Below are positions 26,101 to 37,938 of a stretch of DNA of 64,000 nt, piece by piece. Origin of the DNA: Pelomyxa schiedti. Its lineage: Eukaryota > Protista > Evosea. The notes under the pieces were generated by a model, which was given only the letters and a program-made list of their open reading frames with translations, searched no databases and was not told the DNA's origin. Made by a program: the position numbers and the translations under genes. Location: contig JAHLWZ010000761.1 of assembly GCA_020536535.1 (NCBI GenBank), positions 4,053 through 68,052 on the forward strand, written 5' to 3'. Numbering within the stretch: position 1 is the stretch's first letter; every line of letters begins with the position of its first letter.

Positions 26101-29100
26101 CCGAACTGCACTGTTAATGAGTATATCTGGTTTGGCTTGCAATGAGGTCTGGTCTTCATGAGAGAAAGAATAAAAAATTCTATACTACAACCTCCTTATC
26201 AAAAATTTGAATAGAGCCATTTTTCCCCCCACATCCAACCCAGATATGGTTGTTGCATTGAATTAGGCATGTCACTGGTCCAAGTGTGGTAACTTGTTTG
26301 AGCAGTTGCCCTGTAGAAGAAACTAACCCCTTTCCCTTTCGTGAGGAAAAATATGCACAGGGGAAAGCAACCTTGTCTCCTCTTTCTTCAGCACAAACAG
26401 TTTCAATCAGTTCTTCAACAATTTTGGCTCCTCTGGGCTTTGCAGAACTGCCTTCTGAATTCATACGTGTGCCGTCAAGTGTTTTATTTACTCTCAACGG
26501 CAAAGGGAGCCGCGCTAGGGGTGGAGGTGGCGGCGGCGGAGGGGGAGGAGGTGGTGGCGGAGGCGATTGAGGAAGAGGAGGTGATGGGGGAGGTGATGGA
26601 GAGTGCGAGAGAAGTTGAAGTTGAGAATTGGACTGGGGGTGAGATTTGGGTGGGGCCATTATGGGGAACGCTGGTGTTGAGGGAGATGTTGATAGTTTAG
26701 CTGGGTGAACAGTATCTCTTCTTGCTACATTAACTGGGCCTGAACTCATAAGTGCCCTAGGATAAACGCCAATACTGGAACTGAGGTTGGTTGTACCTAA
26801 CTGCGGGATTGTGGCATGTGGTGGAGGGGGAAAAACTGTATGTGTCTGCAATAAAGAAGCACAACTACTACTGGAACTTAAGGCCACGGAAACAGGTCCA
26901 TTTACTGGATGGCTGGCTAAAAAGAGTCCCATGATCTTTGCATTTTGTATCAGCTGTTTCCCCAAATCAGTGGCTTCCTGTTCCCAGTCATCATGATTTT
27001 TTTTTGCAGTCATATAGTTTTGTGTGGCTTCTTGTGAAGAACTTGATTCCGGCTTCGTGGGAAAGGGTGGCTCTGCTTTCAACTTCCTTGCTAAATCGTA
27101 CCACTGCTTTTCCTCAAGTGATGCTGTGGAGGGTGATATCCATGGTGCCTGATTGGTAACTGACCCAAGAGTTGGTGGGGGAGGTGTGGGGATGAACTTC
27201 ACAGTTTCAAAATGAGAAAGAATTAAAAAAGAGAGTATACTGTACCTTCTCTGCTGACATTGAAATGGGACAGAGAGCTTTTAGTGCTGCACTAAGATCT
27301 GGTTTAAGAGGTTTCAAAAGTCGCTTTTTATACTGCTCTGGGAGAGTGGAAATTGCGTGCTTTAATATTCTTAAAAAAAAAAACCTGTGAAGAAATCAAT
27401 ACCTCAGCCCTTTCACCCAGTTTGGCGCGCAGCATTGCAACAGCTTCATCCATAAGATCGTTTTGTTTTTTTTCGTCATCAATTTGCTTTTGAAGTAGTG
27501 ATTGAGCCTCACGAACTTTGTCCAGAATCTGGTTTGCTTTTTGTTGATTGTTTTCACCTATATGCAGTCAATGGTTGAATTCTGTACAACACATGCCAAA
27601 CGGAGTTATTTTCAACTAATAACTCCGTTGTAATTTTCTTATCAATAGGACTTTAATTTCTAGTTAAACAGTTTTGCATAAAAAGCATACAAACATTGCT
27701 GTTGGTACTGCTGCAAGTCATAGTGTAGTTCTTGGTTCTCTTGCACAAGAGTCACCACTTTCGTTGTTAGAAATTGGACTTGCTCAGAAAGCACTTGCTC
27801 TTGTTGTGGGAAAAAAGTTAATGAAAGATTTACACTTGGAACTATATTTACCTTGTGAATGAGCCTCTTCCATGAGTTCCACAAGGTGCACTCGACCTCC
27901 CTTAATTTGAATGTTGAGCTTGATCTGATGACTTGAGTCAAGGAGGACCCCCTAAAACAAGAACAGTTTGTTATGTAAATAAAGGGAAATATCCAGGAGT
28001 AATACACTACTAGGGGCATCTTGTGCTACTTTTTTATGCTCTTGAAGTTCTTGAAGAGTAGCTGAATGGGCTTTTTTCTCAGTGTCCAACTCGAAATTTA
28101 GTCGCTTGTTGCACTGTTCCTGGTTAACGAGAAGAAAAAAGTGGGAAAAAAAGCGAACATCATCAATTTCTTTCAATTCGCTCAGAAGAGATTGCAGTTG
28201 TGCCACAGTCTGTTCCCTCAGGGAAGTTCCTTTCTGCTTCTCATCACCAAGTTGCTACATTTTGTTAGCCATCACTAACCCTGGTGCTGGAATAACTTGT
28301 TCAAATTCTTGTCTATCTCTTTCTCTCACTTCTGCCATTATCCTGAGAAGCATGAGAACAACTGGTGTATGAAACATACCTACTGTTGGTAGGTGGTAAT
28401 CTGCTCTATGAGACTAGCAATTGTTTCTTTGAGATGTGCTGCTTCAGACTGTGACCTTTTCCATCGTTCCTCAAATGATAAATCGCCCTCCAATTCACCT
28501 GCTTTAGTTACACACTTCGAAATAAAAGTTTCTTCTACTTTGGATATCTTCCTCAGAGGTGCTCTCTAAGATATGTTAGCGTTTGTGCTATTTCTAATCA
28601 CTCAAACTTGGTTTGCTTGTAGCACTGGTACTTCCATAGTCAGAATCATCACCATTAGATGAAGCATTTGACTTGTCACTCGCATCGCTGTCTGTGTAAG
28701 TGTAGTCACTGCTATAAGAGCCACTGCTACTTCCATTGCCATTTTCACTGCTGGCAGACGAGTCACTCTGATTCCCGCCACTGTCAGTGTCACTGCCGCT
28801 GCTGCTGCTGCTGCTGTCACTGTCACCGTCACCGTCACTGTCATCACCCTGCCTTGCCTTCAGGGGTGTTCCAGAATGTTCAGTCCTCAAACTGTCTCTG
28901 TCCTTATCCACAGTCTCCGGCGGCAGCGGCTGTGTTGCCGATAATGATGATGATGACGGCGATGGCGAAGACAGCGAAGACGGCGACGGCAGCGGCGACG
29001 GTGACGGCGGCTGCGGCGGCGTACTTATGTTTGGGCTACTGCCACACTTGCTATTGAGCGCGCTCTGAAGTTCATGTGTGATGACAGTGGTCTTTGGGTT

Positions 29101-29628
29101 CACTACTATGTGCGCCGACGCGGCCCTTGGCACCCTGGGCGATTCGCCGATATTGGCGCTGTTGATGGACTTTGCCCGCGGCCTCGTGCTTATGGCCAAT
29201 GTAGCGTTCGTGTTCTTGAGGTCCGAAATGACTTGCGCAGGCGTCAGCGAAGACGCCAAGTTGGAACCAGCCCTTTTCGTCGTAATCGCCGCCGCAGCAG
29301 CCGCGGCCGCAGCCGCCGCCGCGGACAACGACGACTGCGCCGGCGCCTCCGAAGCAGCAGAATGCCTGGCAGTTTGCGGCGTGCGCCACGTGAGAGGCGT
29401 GGCCGGGAGCGAGGACGACGACGACGGCGGCGGAGGTGTGTGCGGCGGAGACGAGGGAAGGGGGGCGGAGGGGGCGGCGTAAGGGGACGACGTAGAGGTG
29501 GCGGCGGTGGCGGCGGCGGCGGCGCTGGTGGGCGAGGGGGGGTCCTCGCTGCGGCTGCGGTCCCGGCGTGCCACAGGAGATCTACAATCGCAGGGGGAGG
29601 GATTGCATGCGTCTTCGCCCCTATGCAT
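23117..29628 (-). CDS. Large scaffold: low-complexity N-terminus, coiled coil, Pro-rich, WD40 propeller, C1, degenerate Sec7, PH
   Basis: Exons join plausibly in frame. WD40: HIWVGCGG, IWTTGADQTIRIW, VWSCSWDKTIRVWD. C1: HNFEPFTFKSVAYCIVCSRHI...ALRCRG...HEKCAENIPSNDLC. Sec7: LLKEFVMCIDITGLDFEMALRRVF...KVDQVLQIFANKYW. PH: MQGILSKKG...KWCVLH...TTWLDAL. Confidence 0.7.
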
Positions 29629-29757
29629 TGTGATGCTCTCGGGGGGCTTCGGCCTTGGCTTTTTTTTTTTTTGTTGTCCGGGTTAGGTTATTGCCAGGAA
29701 CAACCGTGATGATGTCCGTTCGCGGAACCATCCCGAGTCATTTTCGACGGAGAGAAG

Positions 29758-31682
29758 ATGACGACTGACATCCACCATTCAATTGTTCCTCAGGTGGAAA
29801 TGAGCGAAGATTACTTGAGGGCCCTGTCGTGGTGCTGCCGGTATCTATGCATCGCGGACGTTCTTCATCTGTCTGCTAGTTGTCATGTGGGTGTTATTAT
29901 TCTTTCACTGTTGGCAAACATAAAACTGCTGGAAGGCCTTAAGAGTGCTTGCGCTTGAGGAAGATATGTGGAGGTCGCTCGTGCATGAAACTTTCCCAAA
30001 TATCACTTTGCCTCCGACGGCTGCCAAGTTCTGCCGAAGTTGTCCGAGACCACAATACGAAATTTTCAAGGCACACCTCCTTTTTGGTTTTTTTTTTTTT
30101 TTTGCATTTAATTCCCTGGGCAGAGGCTATTCACGGCCAAACCTTTTGTTTGGGGATCATCCTCCAGAAACAGACTTGGAATTCCAGGAACAAAGACATT
30201 TGACTCGCCTGTGCCTCTACCTCTCCCTCCCGATTTCCCACGTGTGAAATTCTTTGCTAAAGCACAGGAAACGGGCAGCTGTCTTATCACATATGACAAG
30301 CGTGCATGTTGGTGCATCTGTTAACTTCTATTGTGCTTATCTACTTTAGATGTATGGGGGAATAGTATACCTCAGCCTACTTTGTTGAGCAATGTTAAGA
30401 ACGCTGTACACGCTTATTGTGGACTATCTGAAACAGTGATTTGTACCGAAAGTGGAGAAGTGTAAGTTGACTCGTCCACAAAAACACGGAAAATATAAAG
30501 TTACGTAGGGCCTATTGGTTCAGTAACGCATTTCACCCAAATTGAAAGCCAACTGGGCTCTGATGAAAAACCTGTTCCTACATTAACATATTCTCCACTT
30601 AGATTAAGCTATCGCAGATCCAATGCGTGACTGGACAAAATCAGTACTCAGGAGTTCTCACTAATCAATCAGTACTCATTCTTTGGAGAAATACTTCGAC
30701 ATTAACACGAGTTATCTCCTCTTTGCCCATTGCCAGGGTGTAAGTACAGATATTACATATTCATACATTTGTTCATACTCTACATTATAGCAAAGGTTCC
30801 CATCGTATTTTTTTTGCTATCACAACCACTGGGGAGCTCTTTTATTGGTCATCTTTCTTTTTCCCCCTTCAGAGAGCACTGACCTCATCACAGGGCCCCG
30901 TCTACCCCAACTTGGCAAAGGGTTGCCAGAACAGAGGGTTTAGTTATCACCGATGTTGATGGCGGAACAAACCACTATGGTTTCCTTACTTCCACAGGGC
31001 AGCTCTACACCTGGTTAGCTTTTATGTTAATTCCCTGACACCCTGCCTTACAAATGAAAGGGGTGACAATAGCTTCGGGCAGCTAGGACAGCCCACAGCT
31101 TCACGCCCAATCAGTATCACCCCTTACACCTGCACTCCAGAGCCAGTCACATGGTTTACCCAGCGGAATATTGTTTTAACAGCCGTAAACTGTGGTGGTT
31201 ATTCGGCATGGGCTGGCGGGTACCCCTCTTTATCTGTTCCTTACCTAGTAACAGAGCACTTTCTCGCTCTACAGGCACACCCTTACCATTGACACTGCTG
31301 GGCATGTTTACTTCTTTGGGTCATTCAACTACACATTCACCTGGGAACCCCAGATAATGCCGTTCTTTGAGGACCGTGCTGTATTGTCCATGATGTCAGG
31401 GGAAGACTGGGCAGGCGTTGTTGTCTCAGCACCATTTTCAAGTGTGGAAGAGACAAAGTCTAGTATACCAAATAGGTGCTGTATTTGTTGAATTTTTTTT
31501 TTAAAGTGACGGAAGACACTGTGAGGAAGTTTTGGTTTTGGTGGGGTACTGATTTCTGTTGTGATGCAGACCAAATCCCAGAGCCCAGCCTCCAAGCCAC
31601 ATCACACCCAAGAGTAAGTTTGAACCAGGAGTGTTGGCCAACTCCCAAACAAAGACCAATCAAAATGACTCTGCAGTCATAA
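29758..31682 (+). CDS. F-box + RCC1-repeat protein
   Basis: YLCIADVLHLSASCH...EDMWRSLVHETFP (F-box). RCC1-like segments include GDNSFGQLG and VICTESGEV. Confidence 0.6.
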
Positions 31683-31713
31683 AGTGGCAAGTTCAGTAAC
31701 TGGAGTGGACCAT

Positions 31714-32478
31714 TCATTCGTGCTCCTGTTTCACATTCGCTTGCAATTGGAAACCACCATAGCGAGAGCACTGATCAGCAGAGCCAAGAACATAGGCGTG
31801 AACAGCGTCGGCATTCAACTCAAATGTCCCATCTTCTTCAATTCCAGTTGAGCCCTTCCCACCAACGCAACCACTTTCACGGCTGAAAGCGACGCACCCA
31901 AGAACACTTGCACAAACGCAGCATTCCACCACAAATCGCACGCTTTCAATCCCCGTGGTGTCAAGAGCTGCCGAAGGAACACTATCCACTGAAGGCGATG
32001 TAGGGAATGAACGCGAAGTGGCGGTGCTTGGCAAGGGTCCGGCCGTAGGCGACCTCAAAGGTTGAGTTGGCCTCACACACCGCATGCGTCGAAGCTGCAG
32101 GGTCTTTTTGACTGGATCGTGGGAAATGTAATCGCCAGAGTCTCCCACGACAGACAAGCACCCGCAGCACTGCAAAACGGAATGAACTGGTTGTGGCTTG
32201 AACAGTGATTGGCTGCGGAACCCGAACTCGCCAATAGAGCCGCTGTCGGCGCTGCTGTTTGGCAAGTTATTTGGCACAAGATGCGGAGTAGACGTAACAG
32301 GTGACGACGCAGAGAGTGTCTCCTTCTTGGATGCTAGAGATCTCCTTCTCGCAGGAACAGTGGGAATGGCAACAGAATGAGGCAACGTAGCGGCAAACTC
32401 GAACAACACGTCCCTTCTGGATGTGGGCGGATCTTGGCTATCACCACCATCGACCGGTGGCACACCACCAAACAGCAT
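31714..32478 (-). CDS. MIS18: Mis18/Yippee-fold centromere-licensing protein (intronless)
   Basis: VLQCCGCLSVVGDSGDYI...VECCVCASVLGCV...FELNADAVHAYVLGS. Two CxxC pairs plus the Mis18-typical LGDS and 'D-I-S-Y-LG' motifs. Confidence 0.75.
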   Translation of the reverse strand: MLFGGVPPVDGGDSQDPPTSRRDVLFEFAATLPHSVAIPTVPARRRSLASKKETLSASSPVTSTPHLVPNNLPNSSADSGSIGEFGFRSQSLFKPQPVHSVLQCCGCLSVVGDSGDYISHDPVKKTLQLRRMRCVRPTQPLRSPTAGPLPSTATSRSFPTSPSVDSVPSAALDTTGIESVRFVVECCVCASVLGCVAFSRESGCVGGKGSTGIEEDGTFELNADAVHAYVLGSADQCSRYGGFQLQANVKQEHE

Positions 32479-32585
32479 TTTTTGTTTTGTTTATGCCTCC
32501 AGGATCAATTTGGCAGATCTGGATGTCAATTGCACCCAGGTTTTTTTTCCTTTTGATCTCCTGAAAGAATTTTTTGATTTGGTCC

Positions 32586-34795
32586 ATGGAGGCTGGTGGT
32601 TTCTTCCGGGTGCGTAGTCGTTTTTATTTTCTCTGTTTTTCCCGTGGAATGCTCACACAGTTTTGTTCGTTTTTTGGTGGTGTTTGTTGTTTTTTTTTTT
32701 TTTTAGGGCACGAGCTTGGAACAAGATGGAAGATTTTCCAACAAAGAAAAGAAACTCTTAAAGCTTTATGCATTTCCGCCTTCTTTTTCAATCAAGGTAC
32801 GGCTGTTTTTTTTTTTTTTTTACGATGTCAACGCGGTACAACAGGTGGATATGAGAAAGGTAAATTTGCGAGTAATTGAACCTTGGATTGCTCAAAAAGT
32901 TGTTTCTCTTCTCGGTTTTGAAGATGATGTGCTTATAAACTATGTTTGCAGTCAACTGGAAGAACAGGTTTTCTTTCCTTGTGCATTCCTCTTTTTTTTT
33001 TTTTAATCTGCACCCCCAGAATGTTGATCCTAAGCGGATGCTGATCAATTTAACTGGATTTCTTGAGGGAGATGCAATGAAATTTGTTTCAGACTTGTGG
33101 GAGTTACTTGTGTCTGCACAAAATGGTATTGAGGGCATACCACCCAACTTTATTGAGGCCAAAAAGATGGAATTGGCAAAACAAAAGGTGCTTCACTCAT
33201 TTTTATTTGTTGCCCACAATTTTCCACCAAAAACTCACAATCAAAAATACAATGCCTAAAACAGTTCTCTGCAGGAGGCACATGACAAGATAAAGGAAGA
33301 CATTCGCCGCACCAAAGAAAAAGTTGAGAAGGAGGTGGCAGAACGCCTTGTAACACAGGCAGCCTCAGTTCCTGATTCTTCCATGACCACAGCTCCTCAG
33401 GATCCTGTTGAGTCCCAAACTACTGTTCCTGTTTCCAGTACTCCATCATCAACTTCAACTACCTCTGTCACTGGGCCTGTTGCAGAGACTTCAACATCGT
33501 ATGTCATCTTTGTAGATATTTTACGTGTCCCATATATATTCACAGTGACAAAAAGTCTCATACTAAGACTTCCTCTCGATCCCGATCTCGTTCTCACTCG
33601 CACTCAAGCAGTCCTTCCTCACATTCACGTTCACGCTCTCACTCAGGATCAAGATCACGCTCACACTCTCGCAACAAGCACCACGGCCGGTATTGCAATT
33701 TTTCTTTCTAATCAAATTTCATTTTTTTCCCTCATTTTGTAGGCACTCTGGCACCCGGCACAGCTTCTCTCATCATTCACGTCGCCGATCTCCTGACCGA
33801 AGAGATAGAGATAGATATGGGCGTGATCGCCGTGATTGGCCACGGAAAAGTGGTGAAAGAGGTGATTCGGAGGAAAGGGAAAAACCAAAACGAGCTGAAA
33901 CAAGAGACAAGGGAAGAGATTCAATCAAGGAGGCACCTAAAGAAGGGGACGGTGACAAAGATTTAGCGAGACCTGGTGAGAGGACAAGGGAGACCCCAGA
34001 GAGAGACCGTCCCGACAGAGACAGGCGGGACCGAAGAGACCAAGAGCGAGATAGAGCTGAGGATAAAAATGAAAGAGAAAGACGCCGATTGGATAGGGAC
34101 AGAGATCACCGCAAAGACAGAACAAAGGAAGGGGACAGAGAAGGAGGAAGAGATCGAGGCAAAGAAAAACCAAAAGAACGTGACCGTGACCGTGACCGTG
34201 ACCATGACTATGACAGAGACAGAGACCGCGAAAGAGAAAGAAATCGGAACCGAGACCGGGACAGAGGAGAAAAATCTGCCAGTACCAAAGAATCAAGGCC
34301 CAAAGATGTTGATCAAGAAACCACTGAAAAGCCAAAGCCGGATGAAACAGTACCTGAAGATACTGTGGATCGCAAGAGAAAGATTTCTCGGTCTAAATCG
34401 CCCCCCCCTGAGCGAGTATGCAGTTTTCTTTTCCCCTTCGTTTTAATCACAAATGCAGGAAGGGGAATTGGATGTCGAGGCACCCCCTTCAAAGAAACAC
34501 CGACGGTATTTCCCACCTAATTTTCATCACGAAATAGTAACTATTCAACAGCAGTGTGGAGTCCGGGAAAAAACATCACCACCACCATCATCATCACAAA
34601 AAAACCGAGTCACCAAGCCCTGACAAACACTCGTCATCTCCAACCCACTTGGACACGCCCACTACTACAGAAGCAACTGACATTTCTCAGGAAGAACGAG
34701 AAAGACAAGAGCTGCTAGAAAAGGAGTTGCGGGAGCGAGCAATGGCTTCAACAAAGAAGAGGGAGGAAAGTGATGCAGGAGGTCACTCATCCTAA
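32586..34795 (+). CDS. SRRM1: PWI-domain RS/RD-rich splicing coactivator (SRm160-like)
   Basis: Spliced MEAGGFFRGTSLEQDGRFSNKEKKLLK...VDMRKVNLRVIEPWIAQKVVSLLGFEDDVL...DPKRMLINLTGFLE...LWELLVSAQ, followed by an RD/RE-rich tail. Confidence 0.92.
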
Positions 34796-35019
34796 ACACC
34801 CTCATGTATTGTTCTACTGTGCGGAAGAAAAAAAACCCAACAGGGGTCAAAAACGCATAAAATCACACTGCCCTCCACAACACACACCCAAACAAAACAA
34901 AACAAAACAAAATAAACAGTTCTACTTGTGATTTATTCACATTGACAACACAAGGAAAACCCTTTATTTTACTGTTGTATTTTCCCATACAAAAAGTACA
35001 GTAGGTGTTTTAATTTAGC

Positions 35020-37054
35020 TTAGAATAATAACTGAGCTGCTTTGACGGGAGTGCTGCTTCCGTCGGCTTCTAGTGAAAACCACGTGATGTTTGCTGTGGG
35101 TGTGAATGTGGCTCTGGAATTTGCTGTGATTGTCTGTACAATAGCTTTGGCGAGTGTTTGTGGTGTTTTGGGAATTTGGCTGTTCTCGATGTATATCTCC
35201 GCAAAGGAGCTGACTGAATCGCTAATAGCCCCATCGTTAATGTACACCCTCTTTTCATGACCGTAGTGTGCCAGTGACATTAATTCTGGTGAGTGTGTAT
35301 GGCCCAGAACGAGGATTCTTGTATCACTTCCCTGGTATTTTGGTAAGTTATGAGGCTTTCTTTCAATTAATTTACATGAAGAATATCGCGTGCATATTGC
35401 TCAATTGAAAAGCTTGCACCCCCAGCACCCAGGCAGAGTCTTAGTTTATCTGAGGACCATACAAAGTAATACAGGAGACATTTTACTATGCTTGACTGTG
35501 AGTGTTCTGCTTGCATCCACTGAAACTCTTCTGCTACTTCTTTCTTGAGGAAGAATTAAACAACTGATGATTCCAAAGGGTCATACAAACGATTTGTTTG
35601 TTCCGTCAGGCATTTTGAAGAATCGAGAATCCAATTGGTTTATAGTTATTGGAGATTCCCCGATGTGTGTACATATTGTGTTGTATATGCTCAAAAGTAA
35701 ATTGGGAATCTGTGTTTATGTCACATTGCAATATATTTGGTATCTTACATCAAATTGGAGAAAGTTATCGGCAATTTTCCACATCTCCGATGTTGACGCC
35801 CCTTTGTACCAATCCCACGATGAACAGAGTCTATAAAGCTTTATTAATTACTTCAATCTCCTATGAGAGCGTGATGCCTTGTCACATAATATCCAATAGG
35901 AAATTGGTGGTGGCTTCGTTTGCTCTTAGGTAAACTGTTGTAGTGGTCGATTAAGTGGCCATGCCCGATCCGAATTTGGAAAAAAGGAGAAACAGAGGAT
36001 GGAACGTTGTACCAGTACTCGTCTTCGCTCTGTCAAAGTCAGACAAGAAAAAAAAACATAAAATCAAAGAAGTAGCAAGAAAGAATGCTAAAAACAATAG
36101 TGTGGTTATGACGCTCACATTACTGTAAATGAAAGATGGTAGATACCGATATTAGGGTTACATTGAGCTGAAATAGGACATTTATGCGCTCTTGTGTGAC
36201 AGAATTATCATCGTGATTACTGTTAAGTACATCAGGAAGTAGCATCCACTGTTGTTCCATACCCAATAACATACACAAGGTGCACTCCCTAAGTAAAGAA
36301 TCAACTGGTCGTTGCATAAAGAAAAGGTGTAAAACTGATCAACCTCATTCGCCAGGCGAGTTAGTCCCTGCTTGATAGTCCTTCCAATGAAAGAATCCAT
36401 TACCTCTTCCACGCTTTTGGGGGTGACATAATGGGGCTGTGCCCACACATCAATAAAATCACCATTGATGACAAGAATGCGGTATTTAGCTTTGGATAGG
36501 TGCACAATGTCAAACAGGGATTCCAGTTTGGACAATTGCTTTCCACCAAAAGAGTGCATAATTGTAGGGGAAGAAGTGGTCATTGGTACTGAGTCCAAAG
36601 CTGTAGTACTGGGAAGGCTTTTTGGGGCCACGAAAGAGGCACCCACATGTAAATCCGAGCAACTAAAGATTGCAACATTAGCTGGTGGAGCAGCAGGCTC
36701 TGGTGAGTCATCCGCCTCACCGATTCTTGGGGTACACAATTCCGGCAGGTAACCGCACAGCCACCACCGCCACAATGGCAGAGTAACCACCAAAACCACC
36801 ACCACAAAAGAGACCACAAAGGAGATGCCGAAAAACAGGGCATAGATGTAGGTCACCCCAAGGTTCCACACGCGCGCCAGCACCCTCATTGTCGCGGAAA
36901 AGCATGTACTGCTCGTAGCGGAGGCGGAACTGCGGAAAAACAACGTTCTTCTTGGCCCCGCCGACTTTGGTCTCCTCGCCGTCAATGGTGACGGCTGGCC
37001 TTCCTCATCATCCCTTGCTGTTGCCCGCGACGCACCCCGCAACATTTTTTTCAT
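35020..37054 (-). CDS. Calcineurin-like metallophosphoesterase (LpxH-like) with N-terminal TM segment
   Basis: SDLHVG, INGDFIDVW and a GNHD motif reconstituted across an intron (YVIG|NHDDN). Hydrophobic segment YIYALFFGISFVVSFVVVVLVV. Confidence 0.8.
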
Positions 37055-37519
37055 TAAATGGCAAATAGTGCCAACAATTACCCGTGTTGATGAGTCGGCA
37101 GGGGAGTGATGCCAAACCTCCCCAGTCGACGTGGCCCACGTTCAATACGAAAAAAAAAAAAAAACACTTTGCATTTACACCCTTTGGTTTTGAGATGCTT
37201 TCCAGGAATGCAACACAACCCCACACCAATCAGGCCTGTTTGATGCTATTGAAGGGACACGCAGTCGTGTCGTAAAATAAATTGGAAAGATCTTTGATAC
37301 ACGCGGAGGAAATGTTGAATGTTGATGCTGTAACTGCACCTTTCTTGCCCGAGTTGGGACCCCAAGTGTGATGAATTCCAGTCAACTGTTAGTAAAGACA
37401 AAAAAAAAAGGTCACGCGACCAGCTATTTATTTAAATGCCATTAAAAAAAAAAAAAAAACAAAGCCGTCAACCAGCCTCCCCTGTTTATTCTCTTTTTTT
37501 TTTTTTTTTTGTGTCTTTC

Positions 37520-37825
37520 ATGCCTTGGTGGAGCCCGTTCATTGATGGCACTGTCCAAGTAAAACTCAATGGTGACACGAAAGAGCTGCATTTGATACCG
37601 TACGTGTTACATAAGGTGCCCGCTGCATTGACGACTTCAATGGTTTTTGTATGGAACAAGGACATCTGTAACTCTCACATTGATGCTGGGTGGCAGTTGT
37701 GGAACACCGGAGATCTTGGCGAGATGTGTCTCTTTGAGAGCACACAGCACCAAATTTGCCGTTTCGACGAACTCTGCTACTTTCCTAGTTCTCAATTAAA
37801 TCTCGCTACAAAGGAGGGATTTTAA
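37520..37825 (+). CDS. Unassigned 101-aa ORF (hypothetical)
   Basis: The only frame I found open across this non-low-complexity stretch between two divergent gene starts. No recognised motif. Confidence 0.25.
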   Translation: MPWWSPFIDGTVQVKLNGDTKELHLIPYVLHKVPAALTTSMVFVWNKDICNSHIDAGWQLWNTGDLGEMCLFESTQHQICRFDELCYFPSSQLNLATKEGF

Positions 37826-37938
37826 TTACAATAACGGAAAGGTAACAAACCGTCATGTGCGAAATGCCAAAAAAGCTTCTTTTTCCCCCCAAAAGTTAGT
37901 TTTATCCATTTAAAACAAATAAAACCAACAACAACGAG

